A stretch of DNA of 64,000 nt, taken from NCBI GenBank assembly GCA_002633005.1, contig NMRA01000386.1, forward strand, positions 85,373 to 149,372, written 5' to 3'. This DNA is from Phoronis australis (lineage: Eukaryota; Animalia; Phoronida). The position numbers and the translations under genes were made by a program. Shown here in pieces: positions 1 through 13,179 of this stretch. Positions within the stretch are counted from its first letter, which is position 1. Each line of letters opens with the position of its first letter. Below the pieces are notes generated by a model that did no database searches, was not told the DNA's origin, and saw nothing but the letters and a program-made list of their open reading frames with translations.

Positions 1-1189
1 TAATAGAACGAGAAAGTGCATGTTTTTGTAGTCCGATAGGCCGACAGTCAGCTTTTTGGACTATTGCTCCTATCGACCTAGACCTGTCCAGGTTTGAGCA
101 AAATAACCAAGTCCTTTGAGATTGCAAAAGATTTTCTATTTCCTCAGCTAGGCATCCCATTTTTACGTATACACGTTACCACCACTATTTCAGACAGGTT
201 TGACATCATAGAGACAATGATATTTCTTTCAGTTTTTACTCTGCCACCACTTTTTCACTCGCCCTTCGCAAAGCCGATATTTTGCTGTTGATTGGGCAAA
301 ATCTTTCAACCTGACAGCAAATAAATGAGTGCTTTTACTTCCTTCCACCGCAATGTCTTTAAGAAATAGTCATTCGTGAATAAGGTGGTAGACAGAACCT
401 GTCGGCATCAGAAACGTTGGTTTTACTCCTTTTGTGTGGAGCAGGTCAATTACTACATTAGCTATGACTCCGAGGCAATAAAACACTTGTCGAAATAAAC
501 CAAACTATCCTGGACTAAAACTGTTTTTCCTCCGTCAAATTGGCTTCCGAAATTGAAATCTCAATAAAATATTTTGTTACTGTCGTTTGTTCCCGAAAAG
601 ATACGATAGATATTAGCCAAATACGATGTCATTGTTGTGCTTACCAAGGGAAGTGTGTTTACTGTGATGCCGGATACAGAATTGATTTATGATCTGTGGG
701 CGTCAACAAAAGCTTGCAAGAACGCTTTAACAGTAAAAAACTTGTTACCTGATCCAGGAAACTCCTTTCGTGTGGACTTGAAACTGAACGTTGTGCATTT
801 TTGACTATACCATGAAACTACTTATGCTAAAAAACAAGTAAATCACATAAGGACACATCTTTAAGCTTGACCTGGCACATTTGATAGAATTTCATTCATA
901 CAATCCGAAAAAGTAGGCGTTAAGTGTGTGAACAGTTTTCTTCCGTGTGACACATATCATGCGAACTCATGAAATATGACGTTGCTTTTGTAACATGTAA
1001 CAATGGTACATTTCTCGCATGTGCATTCGACGTAAATTGTAACAATTACCTATAATATAACAAGTTGTTACATTTTAGGAAAAGCCTAGCAACGCAAAAT
1101 GTAACAATGACGTAAAATGTAACAGACTTTAGCATATCAAGCCAAGGCCGATCACCGCCAAAGTCTTTTTTCACAAGCTAACACTGTAG

Positions 1190-1810
1190 GCAAGTACTCC
1201 AAAGAATACGGGAATATACGCGGCAGTCAACTACAATCCTCTTACCCATTCATCAACCACATTGGAATCCTTGCATCAAGTAGCAGTGACAAGTGTGTCC
1301 ATTTTCTCAAAATTTTCACGAACAAAAGCCACATTAAACCAACTGATGTAGGTAATTTTCCCTTTCTTCGTGAACGTTGTCTCAATCAACTATCTGATAT
1401 TCTGGCTAATCAAACAGATGTCCTTAAGTGTTTCCTCGAAATTGAATCCAATAAGAATGAGGGCACAGCTTTTATCAACAACAAGGTGATTAAAATGATT
1501 GGAAACGAAATTACCCAGTCTTTAACCAATCTATTCAACAAACTTCTTCCCCTACGTAAGCATCTGTCTTCTTGGAAACATGGAATTATGGTCCCTATTC
1601 ACAAAAAGACTCCAGGACTGAAATTTTAAATTATCGCCCAATAACACAATAATTCCAAATCCAAGGGAAGATAATAGCTCAAAATATTATAACATTTGTC
1701 AAGCAAAACAACTTGATTCATCATAGTCAAATAAGTTTCTTGAATGGGAACAACACCGTGGCACAACTTGTAGAAGTAGTATATGAGATTCATTTACATT
1801 TTAAATAACG
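1190..1810 (+). mobile_element. Degraded CR1/L2-group LINE reverse-transcriptase fragment
   Basis: Manual translation gives INNKVIKMIGNEITQSLTNLFNK...SSWKHGIMVPIHKK...NYRPIT, the RT domain 0/1 region, broken by stops and frameshifts. Boundaries approximate. Confidence 0.7.
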
Positions 1811-3399
1811 GCTTACTTCCTAAAAATAGTACGTGGATGAGATCAGAGTAATCATAGCTGAAATAGACAACAGGAACAGTTATGAATATCTCAAATAAAT
1901 TAATTAGCTGTTTGATAATTACATGTGTGATCAGATTCATTTGACTGAGTGGCCATGACATCCGTGGTCCCAAGTGTTAGCTGATATTTCCATGTGTAAT
2001 GCAAAGACTGAGGCTGTGGCTACATGTAGATGTCTACCTGAATGTAAACCACGATTTTATCCTAGCCCAGTAAACATGACAGTATTGGCCCAGTACTGGA
2101 TATTTGTTGCTTGTTACCGCTTGAACCTTATATCGGTTTACGTGCCTGGGTCACTAATGGCCCAATACCGTCCAACGACACTAACCAAGTGAACCCTCCC
2201 CTTACCGGCCTACCGGTATTGGCCTCATATTGCTTGAGCAGTAAACGCAGACTTGAACACATGAGGGAATTGATAGGCTTGCCCACAGGAGGGTGACTAC
2301 TAATGTAACACTAAGTTTTCTTTTAAAGATTCTCATCAGATGTGTGGCAGTAAAAATTTTCAATTTTCATCAATGAAAACTTAATTTCTAACATATGTAT
2401 TGCCGTGTAATTTTATTCCAAGAAAACTTTCCACCAGATGACTCTCATAAAAAACCGCTATTTTGAATTTTCTGTTGAGCTGTTAAGAGATTTTCTACAC
2501 TTTGAAAAAGAACCTCAGATTTCTGGTTACATATTGGTCTGAAAGAGTATACATGTACAAATTATTCCACAGACGTTCTTAGCTTCTGATCGTCAATCCA
2601 ACAACACAAGTTACCATATACTACAAGATAGGAGACAATTGTTTACAATATGACGATATTGAGCTACATGATTTTGGTATCTTTCCATTCCTCGCAATAT
2701 CATCTTTCCAAAATATACATGCATGAATGTATCCCCTACCGCGTTTCCTCCGTATTTAATCGACAAATTTCGGTTCACACTATTTCCCGGTTGACACCGG
2801 CGGTATCACCGCCATGTTAACTCAACTCATGATTTCCGCGACACCTGTTGCTCGACACCTTGCGAACACCACTCATAACTGTGACCTTTTGACCACTTTT
2901 CCACGATATTGTCTGAATTGATACCCTTTTCATCAATCTGGACCTCAAAACAACATCCGCTTTTTTCGCGGATTCTTAACAGTAGATGCGTACCAGGGTT
3001 GCCATAGGATAGAATTCTAACTCTTGGGATCGCAACTCGGACAGGTGATAGACGGGCCTCGATCAATTTGTCCTTACGAAATGTGACGAACTTCAAAAGT
3101 CGGTAGATTAGTTCAGGCTTTGACCACCATGTGTCTCCTTCCATTCAACACCTCGGTATTACTATCGCGTACCGGGAAATAATGCGAGCAAAATGTCACA
3201 ATGAAATGCTAAGGGAACGGGAAAGGAAAAAATATGTGTATCGTTGGGAAGATAATGGTGCAAGGAATCGAACAATATCAAAATCATATGTATACATGTA
3301 AATCAATGTCGTCATATTGTAAACAATTAACGGATATGACACTAGGGATTAGAAAGTTCAAGGGTGTTTCACTTCAGCAGACCATATCAAACTCAAAAC

Positions 3400-5000
3400 T
3401 TTATAAATGTACACAAAACAGGTCTAGCAAACGGACTTGGGATTATTACAAAACCAGACAAACCGAAACAGTTTCTGAAAAACTGGAGACCAATAACTTT
3501 ACTGAGTAGTGTGTACAAACTGGCTTCGGGATGCGTTGCAAAGAGAATTAAAGAAGTTCTAGATAAACTGATTTCAAATACCCAAACTGGATTTATTAAA
3601 GGAAGATTCGTGGCTGAGAACACAAGACCAATTTATGATATTATAAGGTATACAGACAAACACAACATTCCAGGACTACTTGTTGATAGATTTTGAGAAG
3701 GCCTTTTGATAGTGTTTCCTGGGACTTTATATTCAAAGTCCTGGATAATTTCAATTTCAAACCCAGTATCATTCGATATATAAAAACTTTTTATAATAAA
3801 CCAATTGCCCGTGTCATACAAAATGGATTTCTGTCAGACAACTTCATACTAGAACACGGATGTCGACAAGGTGATCCCCCCTCCCTTATATTTTTATACT
3901 GTGTGCTGAATTTTTTTCCATATTGATTAAATATGATCCTGACGTGAAAGGGATTAAAAACGGCGACGATGACTTCGTTATAACACAATTCTCAGATGAC
4001 ACAACTTTCACATTAGACGGAACTCCAAGATCCCTGGGAGCACTTATGAATAACCTAGAGTTCTATACAGGGATGTCGGGGCTGAAGATAAACTATTCTA
4101 AGACAAAAGTAGTGTGGATTGGAAGTAGAAAATTCTCTCAAGAAGTGTTTCACCGCACTCGTTGGAAACTAAAATGGGGTGACGTTGATTTTAAGCTTCT
4201 GGGTATTAACTTCAGTGTGAACTTGGATACCATGTCCAAAGATAACTTTGGTGCAAAAATAATGGAAATGAAGAGTCTGATTAATATATGGTCTCGTAGA
4301 AAGCTGACTATCTTTGGAAAGGTCATAGTATTAAAAACACTTGTGCTTCCAAAAATTATACATCTGCTAATGCTTCTCCCAAGTCCCAATGATACTACTT
4401 TTGGGGATATTGTACCTGTGTTTTTAAATTCATTTGGGACGGTAAACCTGATAAAATAAAAAGAGGAGTACTCATTAAATCCATACAGGAGGGTGGATTG
4501 ATAATGATCGATGTCAAAAAAATTAATATGTCTTTAAAAATTTCATGGATTAGAAGATTCTTTTTAACAACATCCCCATGGACTTATTTGTTGACAAAAG
4601 ATATCGAGCTTACTAGAGATAGAATGCTGAGCTATGGAGACTATAGATTAACTAGATCGGATAATCGTAACTCTTTTTGGGAAGAACGCTTCCAGTATTG
4701 GATCCTTTTAATTCACAAACAAACTATTTCAGGTCACGAAGATGCGGTGTCAGTTAATGTGCGGGCCAACAGTAGTACATGTATAACGGTGGAATACAGC
4801 CCTTGTATTTATGAGTCATTCGTTGAAAAAGGTATAACAAATTAATGTCAGCTTTCTCAAATATTATTCAATTGTCAGTGTATTAAAAATACCTGATAAC
4901 GTTTTCCAAACACTTAATACTAAAAAAACCTAATTTAGGATGTCTTAAAAATATTTGAATGAGTGTTTTAATGTAGAAGTTAGTGCTTCGTTAAACACAC
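3400..5000 (+). mobile_element. Degraded Tx1/L1-clade LINE ORF2 (RT and downstream region)
   Basis: ORF pieces LKNWRPITLL...QTGFIKGR...DFEKAFDSVSW...GCRQGDP...QFSDDTT...SGLKINYSKT...WSRRKLTIFGKVIVLKTL are characteristic of Tx1/L1; several frameshifts. Confidence 0.88.
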
Positions 5001-6135
5001 GGAAATTTAATGATACAAAAAATGGAAAGATAATCTTTCCAATCATGTGAAATGTGTTTTTGAAACATGAAGGGACCCAGAGAGTTGACCAGATGCCAGA
5101 ACAGAAATTTAATTAGTACTTTTTAAATTCGAAGTAACAATGAAATGCTTTCTCGTTATTTTTTGCACAGTTCTGTACGTTGTTGTGTTGTGCTATGTTG
5201 TGTATATTTCTATATGTATCTGTCTTTTGTAATAAATTTATTAATTGTGAAAAAAAAGAAAGAAAAAAATGTACACAAAACAGGTCCAGCAAACCACCAA
5301 TAACTTTTATTTCTTCTGATAGCATTTACGTAGGCAACTCGTAGCCTAAGTAGGGTGAGCAAAGCAAAATACAATTTCAGAAAGACTTGAAAAGAGTCCT
5401 AAATGACAGCTCTAGACATGCCATTTGTACAACTTTTGAGTTTTTTAATCGGTTGGGCGGTTCTCGCTCTATGTAAGTTTTAGAGGCTCAAAAATAACCT
5501 TTCTCAGCAAACTGAACTCAGAAATTTTAAGCCACAGAATATGATACTTGTACGTATGCTGTCAATGTTTGCACGGTACTCAGTCTGCAGTGATGGTCAC
5601 AGTCTATGACTGGATTAGAATATACCCGTACTTTTTGCTCACACACAAAAAATCAAATAGTAACAATGTCTTATTCAAGTTCCATATTGCTTTGGAATCA
5701 GTTTTGACGACTTGGTCAGGGACCTTCGTTCCTTACAGGCGTGTTGCTGAGGACTACAAGGACATTTTCCTGCTGACCTGTGTGCATATGTGAACGGCAG
5801 CAATCAACAAAGATGTGTATCGGTAAATAGGCGATTGTATTAACGCTAATATAGGTAGAAACGGCCTAAATCCACCAAAAGAAGAACCTTACTGAGGGTA
5901 GTTGCATTACCCAATAAAACAAAATAAAGTTCTTACATCGCAAAATGCCGCATGCGTTCATGTAACATGTTCGCAATGTAAATGTATTATTTTCCACAAC
6001 AATCATGTCTTGGAGTGGAAGTTGGTATTGATGATACCACTGTAAATTAGGAAACCATTCATTCAAAAGCTGTGTGCACCCGATTTGGCTCATTGACTGG
6101 GACTGCCAAATGGAACTACTTTACCTAGGCTTTGG

Positions 6136-6370
6136 CAGAGGCGGATCTACAGCGGGGGGTTCAGGGGCTTTAAACCCCCCCTCGGGACAGGATCAAAAAT
6201 AAAAACTGGAAAAAAATCGCCAAAAAAACGAAATTAGCTACTAAAAATCCCAAAACATCTTACACGGGAGGAGGGAAACCCTCTCGCGACCTTCCTTCTC
6301 CTCGGCGCTACGCGCCTCGGATTCTCTCGAATCCTAAACCCCCCTTACTGAAATCGTAGATCTGCCACTG
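6136..6370. mobile_element. MITE with CAG(A/T)GGC(G/A)GATCTAC terminal inverted repeats
   Basis: Left end CAGAGGCGGATCTAC, right end GTAGATCTGCCACTG. Flanked on both sides by TTTGG, an apparent 5-bp TSD. GC-rich island in AT-rich DNA. Confidence 0.7.
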
Positions 6371-6432
6371 TTTGGGGTAATGAAACATGCGTGCAGACAG
6401 CATTTTTAGACTTTTTGCAATCGTTCACTCAC

Positions 6433-6557
6433 TTGACTCCACTCTGTCCAATCAGATTAGCGTTGATTTGTATATAGTGAGCGCAATATGCTCTGCTGGG
6501 TGTGACGTGGAAGTCAGAGAAGGTAACCTTCACACCTTTTCCGGAGTCTGCAGGTGC
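6433..6557 (-). CDS. Astacin exon 9: middle of CUB domain (gene probably continues left of the window)
   Basis: Acceptor cccttttag|GCA, donor AA|gtgagt; 125 nt, phase 0/2. Translates APADSGKGVKVTFSDFHVTPSRAYCAHYIQINANLIGQSGV, matching CUB AP....V.VTF.DF......C..Y. No next exon was recognised in 1-6432. Confidence 0.88.
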
Positions 6558-8097
6558 CTAAAAGGGTAAGATCTGTTGAGCAAGCCTTTGACTGTAATAA
6601 CACGTGTTTTGAACAAAATTACCACCTAAAAATCAAATTGCTCAAATACAAAACAGCTTCTTTGATTTTATGACGTTTTTTTATTCGTTATTCGACGGAT
6701 AACTGCGTGACCAGACACACAAACTTGCCCTCACTTACCATTTGCCGTCGTCTGTTCTGTGTTTTGAAACTTGCTACATCCCATTCGAAATAGTCACAAT
6801 GTCGGCTTTTATGACGAAATTATTTATCTGACAGGTTATCGCGTGCTGCACTGCACCTAACGAATCAATTGAAACTAAGACACTGTCGTTTACGAAGGAA
6901 TTGGCGTATTGATACAACTTATAGATCTCGGCAAATCCAAGTGGTCTCCAAAGGCGAAAACAATAATTGGCCGGGAATCGAGTCGAGAGATCGCCGATAA
7001 TTTTTTAAATGATGTGGGAAGTCATAGTCTGACAGAATTAACTAACGCGGGTGAAATATGTGTTGAGAATCAGTTCGCCATCATCTGACGTAAGTTTAAT
7101 CAACCATGCAGACGAGTCCACTGTTAAGTGTTGCCGCGATCGTTTGTCGTGTATCACGACTCATAGGTCAATTTTCAGTCAAGGTTCATAGACTTACTAA
7201 AACCAAGCAGATATACTTTAATAGACTGAAAACTTTATTGGCCCCGCTGACTTCAGACACTTATTTTTCAAAACGCCTCCTTTTGGTTTCCATGGACACT
7301 ATGTGTTCCCAGCAAATTTCGAGCCTGGTAGCAATTGAGCTTTGGTAAAATTTCAACAGTTACGTCACGTAGTGGAAGTAACGTTGAAATGTTGTACCTG
7401 TATTGATGAAGAGTGACCTTCGACTACTTTATTTGTGCAAATTTGAAAGATTTCAATATTTTTGAAACTGTCAAAATGGCTAAATTTATATCCCGACATC
7501 TCAGCTGGCACAGGTTTCAGAGCATTCACATCTGCAAAACAAGACAAAAAATCTTCTGGCGGCAACTTATTTCATGTCTTTTGAAGTCGAAAGTGACTGG
7601 TGGTTACGTCATTTCACCGCAGTGAGTAATGACGACAAACGATTGGCCCGCAAACTGCAAAGCAATTTCAACATTTATCAAAAATCGTTTTCTCGAAGCT
7701 CCGAGGGTACCCTATTTTATTTCTCGTAGTCATGGAATTAGGATACATGACAAACAGCAGTAATTATGGCAAGACTCGTTTTGCAAGGGTCGAAATTCAA
7801 GTGTCACTGGTTTTGCAAAGCTCAGTTATTCTTATTCGCGAGTTAACTTATCTACGTGCTAATAGATTGGCTCATATGACATTCCTATGTTAACTGTTCA
7901 AAATGCATGTGATGTTGGATCACTTTAAAGTAAAATGTGATATTAATGGGACTAGAATCTGATTCAACACTCATCACCCAGTTAATTTATACACCGTAGC
8001 ATGGAAAAATGAGATATCTAAATGTGTTATTTGGTCTCCTGAATGCCAGGGAATTGACTCAAGCATGACTATCCTCATGTTGACCTCGGCACATCCC

Positions 8098-8950
8098 TTA
8101 AAGGAGCATGCCACCAGATTTAATTATTGTTTTTTTACCGTCTTAATCGGTCTATATCCGCATCGCTGTGCATACGGTCGACGTTACCTTGAAGAAAGAT
8201 GTCGCGTTAACCTGTGAGGAAGGTGAGAAACTACGAAGCGACGTCAATGGTTCATCTGTAGAGTGAATGCCGCTATGTTGCGGTGCATCGTATTTCCGCT
8301 TGTCTGAACTACGAAGCTGCGTGGAAAGCCGGTATATCGTTTTTCGACTTCCTCGAGAGCCCAAATTGCTTAGGAAATGGCTCGCAGTAGTGAAAAATGA
8401 AAAGTACGCTGTCAATAGCAAGTAACAGGCCGTGAAACGTCTCCTAATCTGTGGCCGGCAGGCCCACCAAAGAACTATCCTTAGGTTTTGTTGCCTGTGC
8501 ATGTTCACGGAGCCTCTCTACCATTTCTTGATCATTGTATTCCGGTTCAAACTGATAGCCGGTGAAACCTAACGATCCACCTGTGAAGTCTTCGTCGGTT
8601 GAGCTCTGGTCGGGTTTGGAGTTGCTATGTTGACGTTTAATATTAATCTGTGTTCTTTTGCAAAATGTATTATTCTCACCCTTACCAATGCTTATATAAA
8701 ACTGAAACGTAGTCAGTCTCATTAGATGCACATTGTAATGCCTTTGTAGTATTCGTTAGTGCAAATGTTTTCAGAAGCCAGCAACGGAACCACTATGTTA
8801 GCGACTTCAGATGCAATAAAGTAATTGACCTGGCACCGCGGCCGTGTGAGCGCATTCAAGTTCAGTGATTGCTGACAGAAAGCTGTCGTGAAACAGTAAC
8901 TCGATTTTACATGCTATGGTCATGTTAGGGAATCTCAATTTAGATATACA
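8098..8950. mobile_element. Kolobok-like DNA transposon deletion derivative (THAP remnant on +, second-ORF remnant on -)
   Basis: Starts TTAA|AGG. The + strand at 8267-8460 is a frameshifted THAP-like sequence (C..C...F..P....LRKW.AVV...LIC). The - strand ORF 8444-8731 contains GYQFEPEY. A second copy lies at ~20810-21475. Confidence 0.55.
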
Positions 8951-11900
8951 TTATTCAAATCGTTGTTACTGTACAACTTTTGCACTGACGGTTCTGTGGA
9001 AGGGGAACCTGACTTTGCAGCCCCCGAAAGGTATGTACATTTTCAGTTTCGAGACTAATTCTCTAAAATGATTAAGTTGTACATTATTTCTTTGGCTCAC
9101 TATTATAGTCTTTTCGTGACTGGAGGCTTAGTTTCTAACTTAAGCTAGTTTATGTTAGTGATGTCCAGTCCCGGCGGCCGCGGCAGGCCTGTTCGGGTTC
9201 CAAGCCATTGGCTACGACAACAAGGTTTTGTGTGTTTAGAACTGAAAAAATCACAAATCTCAAATTGCAACACACAGCTATGTTGTCCTGTCTGTATTCA
9301 CGGAAAAAATGATTCGAATTTATCACCAAACAAACCCAAACTCCCGCAATCTTTAATTGGCCTACCGAACGCTGTAGGCTACGGTACGTACAATAAATCC
9401 ATTAGAGTGAAATAAAACCACACATTTGTTCATGGACTCAATGTATTTGTAAAGGTTTTACATCAAATTTTAATGATTTATTGGTGTAAAACGATGAATC
9501 CAAGCAATAACTTGACACCAGTAAGCCTGTTGTGAACCGCTGAGAAGACTGCATTCGAACCTATTACGTCATTGGTTAATTTCTACGCCTCCGTCTGTCT
9601 TAAGGTGTAAGGTAAAACAACTGAACTTGCTGTTATGGAGTGGAACTACTCGATCTAAATTGATACAAAATAGGTTGTTTTTGGAGGGCATTTTTCTTTA
9701 AATTATCACCACATAGCCTACACGTAATTCATCATTCTGCAAAAACAATTTTGGACCAAATTAGTATCATGGAAAAACGAGATATCTAAAGGTGTTCTTT
9801 GATTTAAATGCCAGTGGATTGGTTCAAGTATGGCATTCCCAAAGTTAACCTCAACTTGTCATCACCTATAGGACATGTAACCTGTCAGTTTGCCTAAGTC
9901 ACCACCCTTCCTTTGGCTTGTACATAAGTCAACACAGATAAGGCCTAGCTTTTTAGTTAAGTGATGTTGAGTGTCATATGAATTTGAAAGATTAAAACTT
10001 AAATACCAGCATCTTTAAATAAACAGGACAATGAAGTTTCTACCAGAATACCGACTAAATATCCTGATTTTAGTATTGCTATATTGGATTTTGCATTTGT
10101 CTCAGTTTCTACAATATCATATCAATAACAGTTGCTTAAATAACCCAGGCAACCTAACAAATTGCACTGTTGTCGGGCGAAAATGAAATCTGGAGTATTC
10201 CTGGACATCACTGACTGTCAACTTCATTATCTCTATAATATGACCATTTCCCAGCTCGGTTCAAGGCAGACAGGCATGAACAGAAACTTTTATTCTACTG
10301 TGGGGTCAGCCAGCCTTCCTCCCTAAACTACTTATCCTTCTTCATCGCACGTGCAGTTCTTGCGCAGCCTGATTTGTTGTTCTACTTTCTGAAAAATGAA
10401 AGGTACATGTAGTTTGTAACACTCTCGGAGAATTATGCACTTTTTGCAGAACTTCGCAGAGCCCAGCCACTACACAAATGTGACTGCCTCTGAGCGATCC
10501 ATTGTTTTTAGCTGAGCTATTTCATTTGAATCCTGACATGGTATTTAGAATGTAAAACGACCCTAAGAGCAAGACGTCCTGCACGAAATAACACTGAGGG
10601 TACTTGATTTATTCTTGCCAGTTTGACCAGATTGTTTTGGACATCAAGAGGATGTCATATCCAGATCCTAAATGACAACATGGTGAGACTCCTAAAACAC
10701 AGCGACACACTATGCTTTCAAGAATTACATAATTCACTTACAGCCGAAGTAAAAAGAAATTGTGGCATGCGGATTGTCAGTTAAAATTGGAATTTAGAAT
10801 GCTATGAGTACAGCAATCATCAATATATGCATACCAAAACACTTCCTGCAATTAACTAAAAAAGACGCATAACAACAATAACTGTTATTCAAAATGAAAT
10901 TCAATGATATATTGCATTTTCCGCTTCCAAAACGTGGCCACTAGATGCACATAATATCGGCTTAAACTTACAACCAACACAAGACGCTCCTAGAAAGAGT
11001 ACTGACTAGCTCTAGGCTAGCCTAGACTCCAACAACAGCGACAGTACAGGTATCCCATTTGACTTAGCAACTCAAGATTCTTCATCAGTTGTTTACAGTG
11101 ATGCAGGCATCCTGAATTTCGCCAGTGTGCACAATAAAAAGTTTGTCTCTATACTGTTCAAAAACAAGCACTGGTGTTATATTTTAATAATATGCACATG
11201 GTCAGTCAGTTTTGAAATGAGAACCAGTTACTTACACTGCAGGATATTAGAAAAATAACATTTGTTTCTACTAGTACTGACTGGTTCTCAAATCAGGTAT
11301 CTATAAAACTGACTCTTACTGCCAAAATGTTACCATTTTGTGATAAATTTAAATTCAAACAAAGTAGTACTCACCAGGTCCAACAGGAAAGAACACATGC
11401 ATTGTTGCGTTCCAGTGTCAGTAGGTCGACTAATCATTTAAGGCATTTCAACCAGAATCCCCACTTCCGGATTTGTACGCGAGCTACTGCTAATGAAATG
11501 GATGTTGGCACAGTTTACTTGGTTTCCATAGAAATCCAAGGTGAGGTCGGTGTCTATTGTCTACCCGGTGTCTTGCCCTTGCCTTGGTCACAGTCACACA
11601 TAGGTCCGGTGAACAGGCATTTGTGAATTTTCTGACTCTCTCCAAAATCAATTGCCATTCAGTTTGTAGGTGTGGTGACTTTGTAATCACATTATGCTGC
11701 ATCATGCTTTCAAACACATATTCGTTCGAGCTCCTACACACTTCATCACAATAGTTAACAGGGCAAGTCAGGATCGTTAGCCATTTTGCCACCACTAAAG
11801 TGACCTGTTGTTGCAAACTGGCTTCACGGAAACGTGGAATTTTCGTAAAAATCGAAAAAAAATAACTCAAAGAAACATGCCTTCTTTAATGACACTAAAC

Positions 11901-12598
11901 TAATCGTTAATAATACAAATTTTAAATCAGAACTATGTACTTTACTGCTGTCATAGTGCGGGTTCCAAACAGGCATCGGTATTGAAGGTAATTTCCACTG
12001 AGGTGGTTGTAACAACCTTGCGATTCCTATACCAAAAAGCTCAACGCCACAAGATTTTATTGTACCAATCAACATCACTAAAATAGAAACGCCTTGTGTA
12101 AAAGTCTGTCTGGTGTTGATGAATGTTGTGCCAGCTAAGATATACATTATACGGGCTCAAAGTGTGGGGAAATGGAAATGCTTTGTTAACCTCCGACCCC
12201 TCTATAATTTAAGCCAGAACTTTTGAACTTAGCGGCAGAGTTAATAAGTATTGTTTAAGATCTTTATGAAGCCGAAGACTTGCTTTATTTAAAAATTACA
12301 AAAGCCGATACTTTTTATTTACTTTTTGTGCATTGGAAATAAGATATTTTCGGCGAGTCCATTGCATGGTTTACCCCAAAATAGAGGCTCTCTAAATCCC
12401 CCCCTTAAACAAGGTACAATGGGAGTGTACTTTACTGTTTTGTTTATCATCCCAAAGATAACTAAAATGCATAGTATGGTTCAAATCTGTTACATTGGAT
12501 TTATCACCCCTCTGGGCATTTTTGTCTGCTGTAAGCTGTACTTTATTCTTAAAGAGGCTTGGAATCCAAAAGTTTAGTACTTTCAAGTGAACCAATTA

Positions 12599-12861
12599 CA
12601 GGGGCGGATACAGGATTTTGAGTTAGGGGGGTGGGGGGGCAGGGCACAGGAATAACCACAATTTCGCCACAGGTGCGCGCCCAGCTTAAATGTAGGGATG
12701 CAGGGCCTGGAATATTTGGGTTTGTGGCCCTCGTTACTAAAAAAACGATAAACGGGGTTTGTTCAAGGCCTATGCATTGTGCATTCGCTCCCCCAAATGG
12801 TATCTGGCAGAATTTTAGGCGGGGGCCATGGCCCCTTGGCCCCCCTATATATCAGCCACTG
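12599..12861. mobile_element. MITE of the CAGGGGCGGAT type
   Basis: Left end CAGGGGCGGATA, right end TATCAGCCACTG (imperfect TIR); G/C-run-rich ends like the 6136 element; no clear TSD. Confidence 0.55.
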
Positions 12862-13060
12862 CATTTGTGAACAGGAGAAAAATCATATCAAAACCTTTAT
12901 CCATAATTTTGTTATGAGGAAAATCACCTTTCACTTTCCACTTTGGATTCAGTTCAATAGTTATAGGAAAAGATTGCTCTAGATCTTTAGTCACCAATTG
13001 GCCAATCATTGAAAACCAAGCGTTTTCCAGTTATCCCGACTGATTTGTAAACCGCCTTAC

Positions 13061-13179
13061 CTTGATGACGTAAATACAGAGGGTGCCCACATTGTAGTTG
13101 TTCGGGTAGTTTGGACTCTGTATGGTCACTGTCGGGTTAGCCTCATTCAGCTCGTATACGCCTCCACAAGAAGGATAAT
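13061..13179 (-). CDS. Astacin exon 8: first part of CUB domain
   Basis: Acceptor ctttaaacag|AT, donor AAG|gtaagg; 119 nt, phase 1/0. Translates DYPSCGGVYELNEANPTVTIQSPNYPNNYNVGTLCIYVIK, with the CUB CGG...I.SPNYP..Y...C signature. Confidence 0.93.

Noticed and set aside
5937-6040. Possible next astacin exon (tttacag|TGG...CGAT|gtaag on the - strand)
   Set aside because: In the required phase 2 it reads NGIINTNFHSKT-stop, without the CG and remaining CUB strands; no frame looks CUB-like.
11370-11870. Overlapping ORFs with a CTG|gtgagt donor in astacin intron 8
   Set aside because: The candidate frames contain stops or resemble nothing I recognise, and exons 8 and 9 already join in frame to give a continuous CUB sequence.
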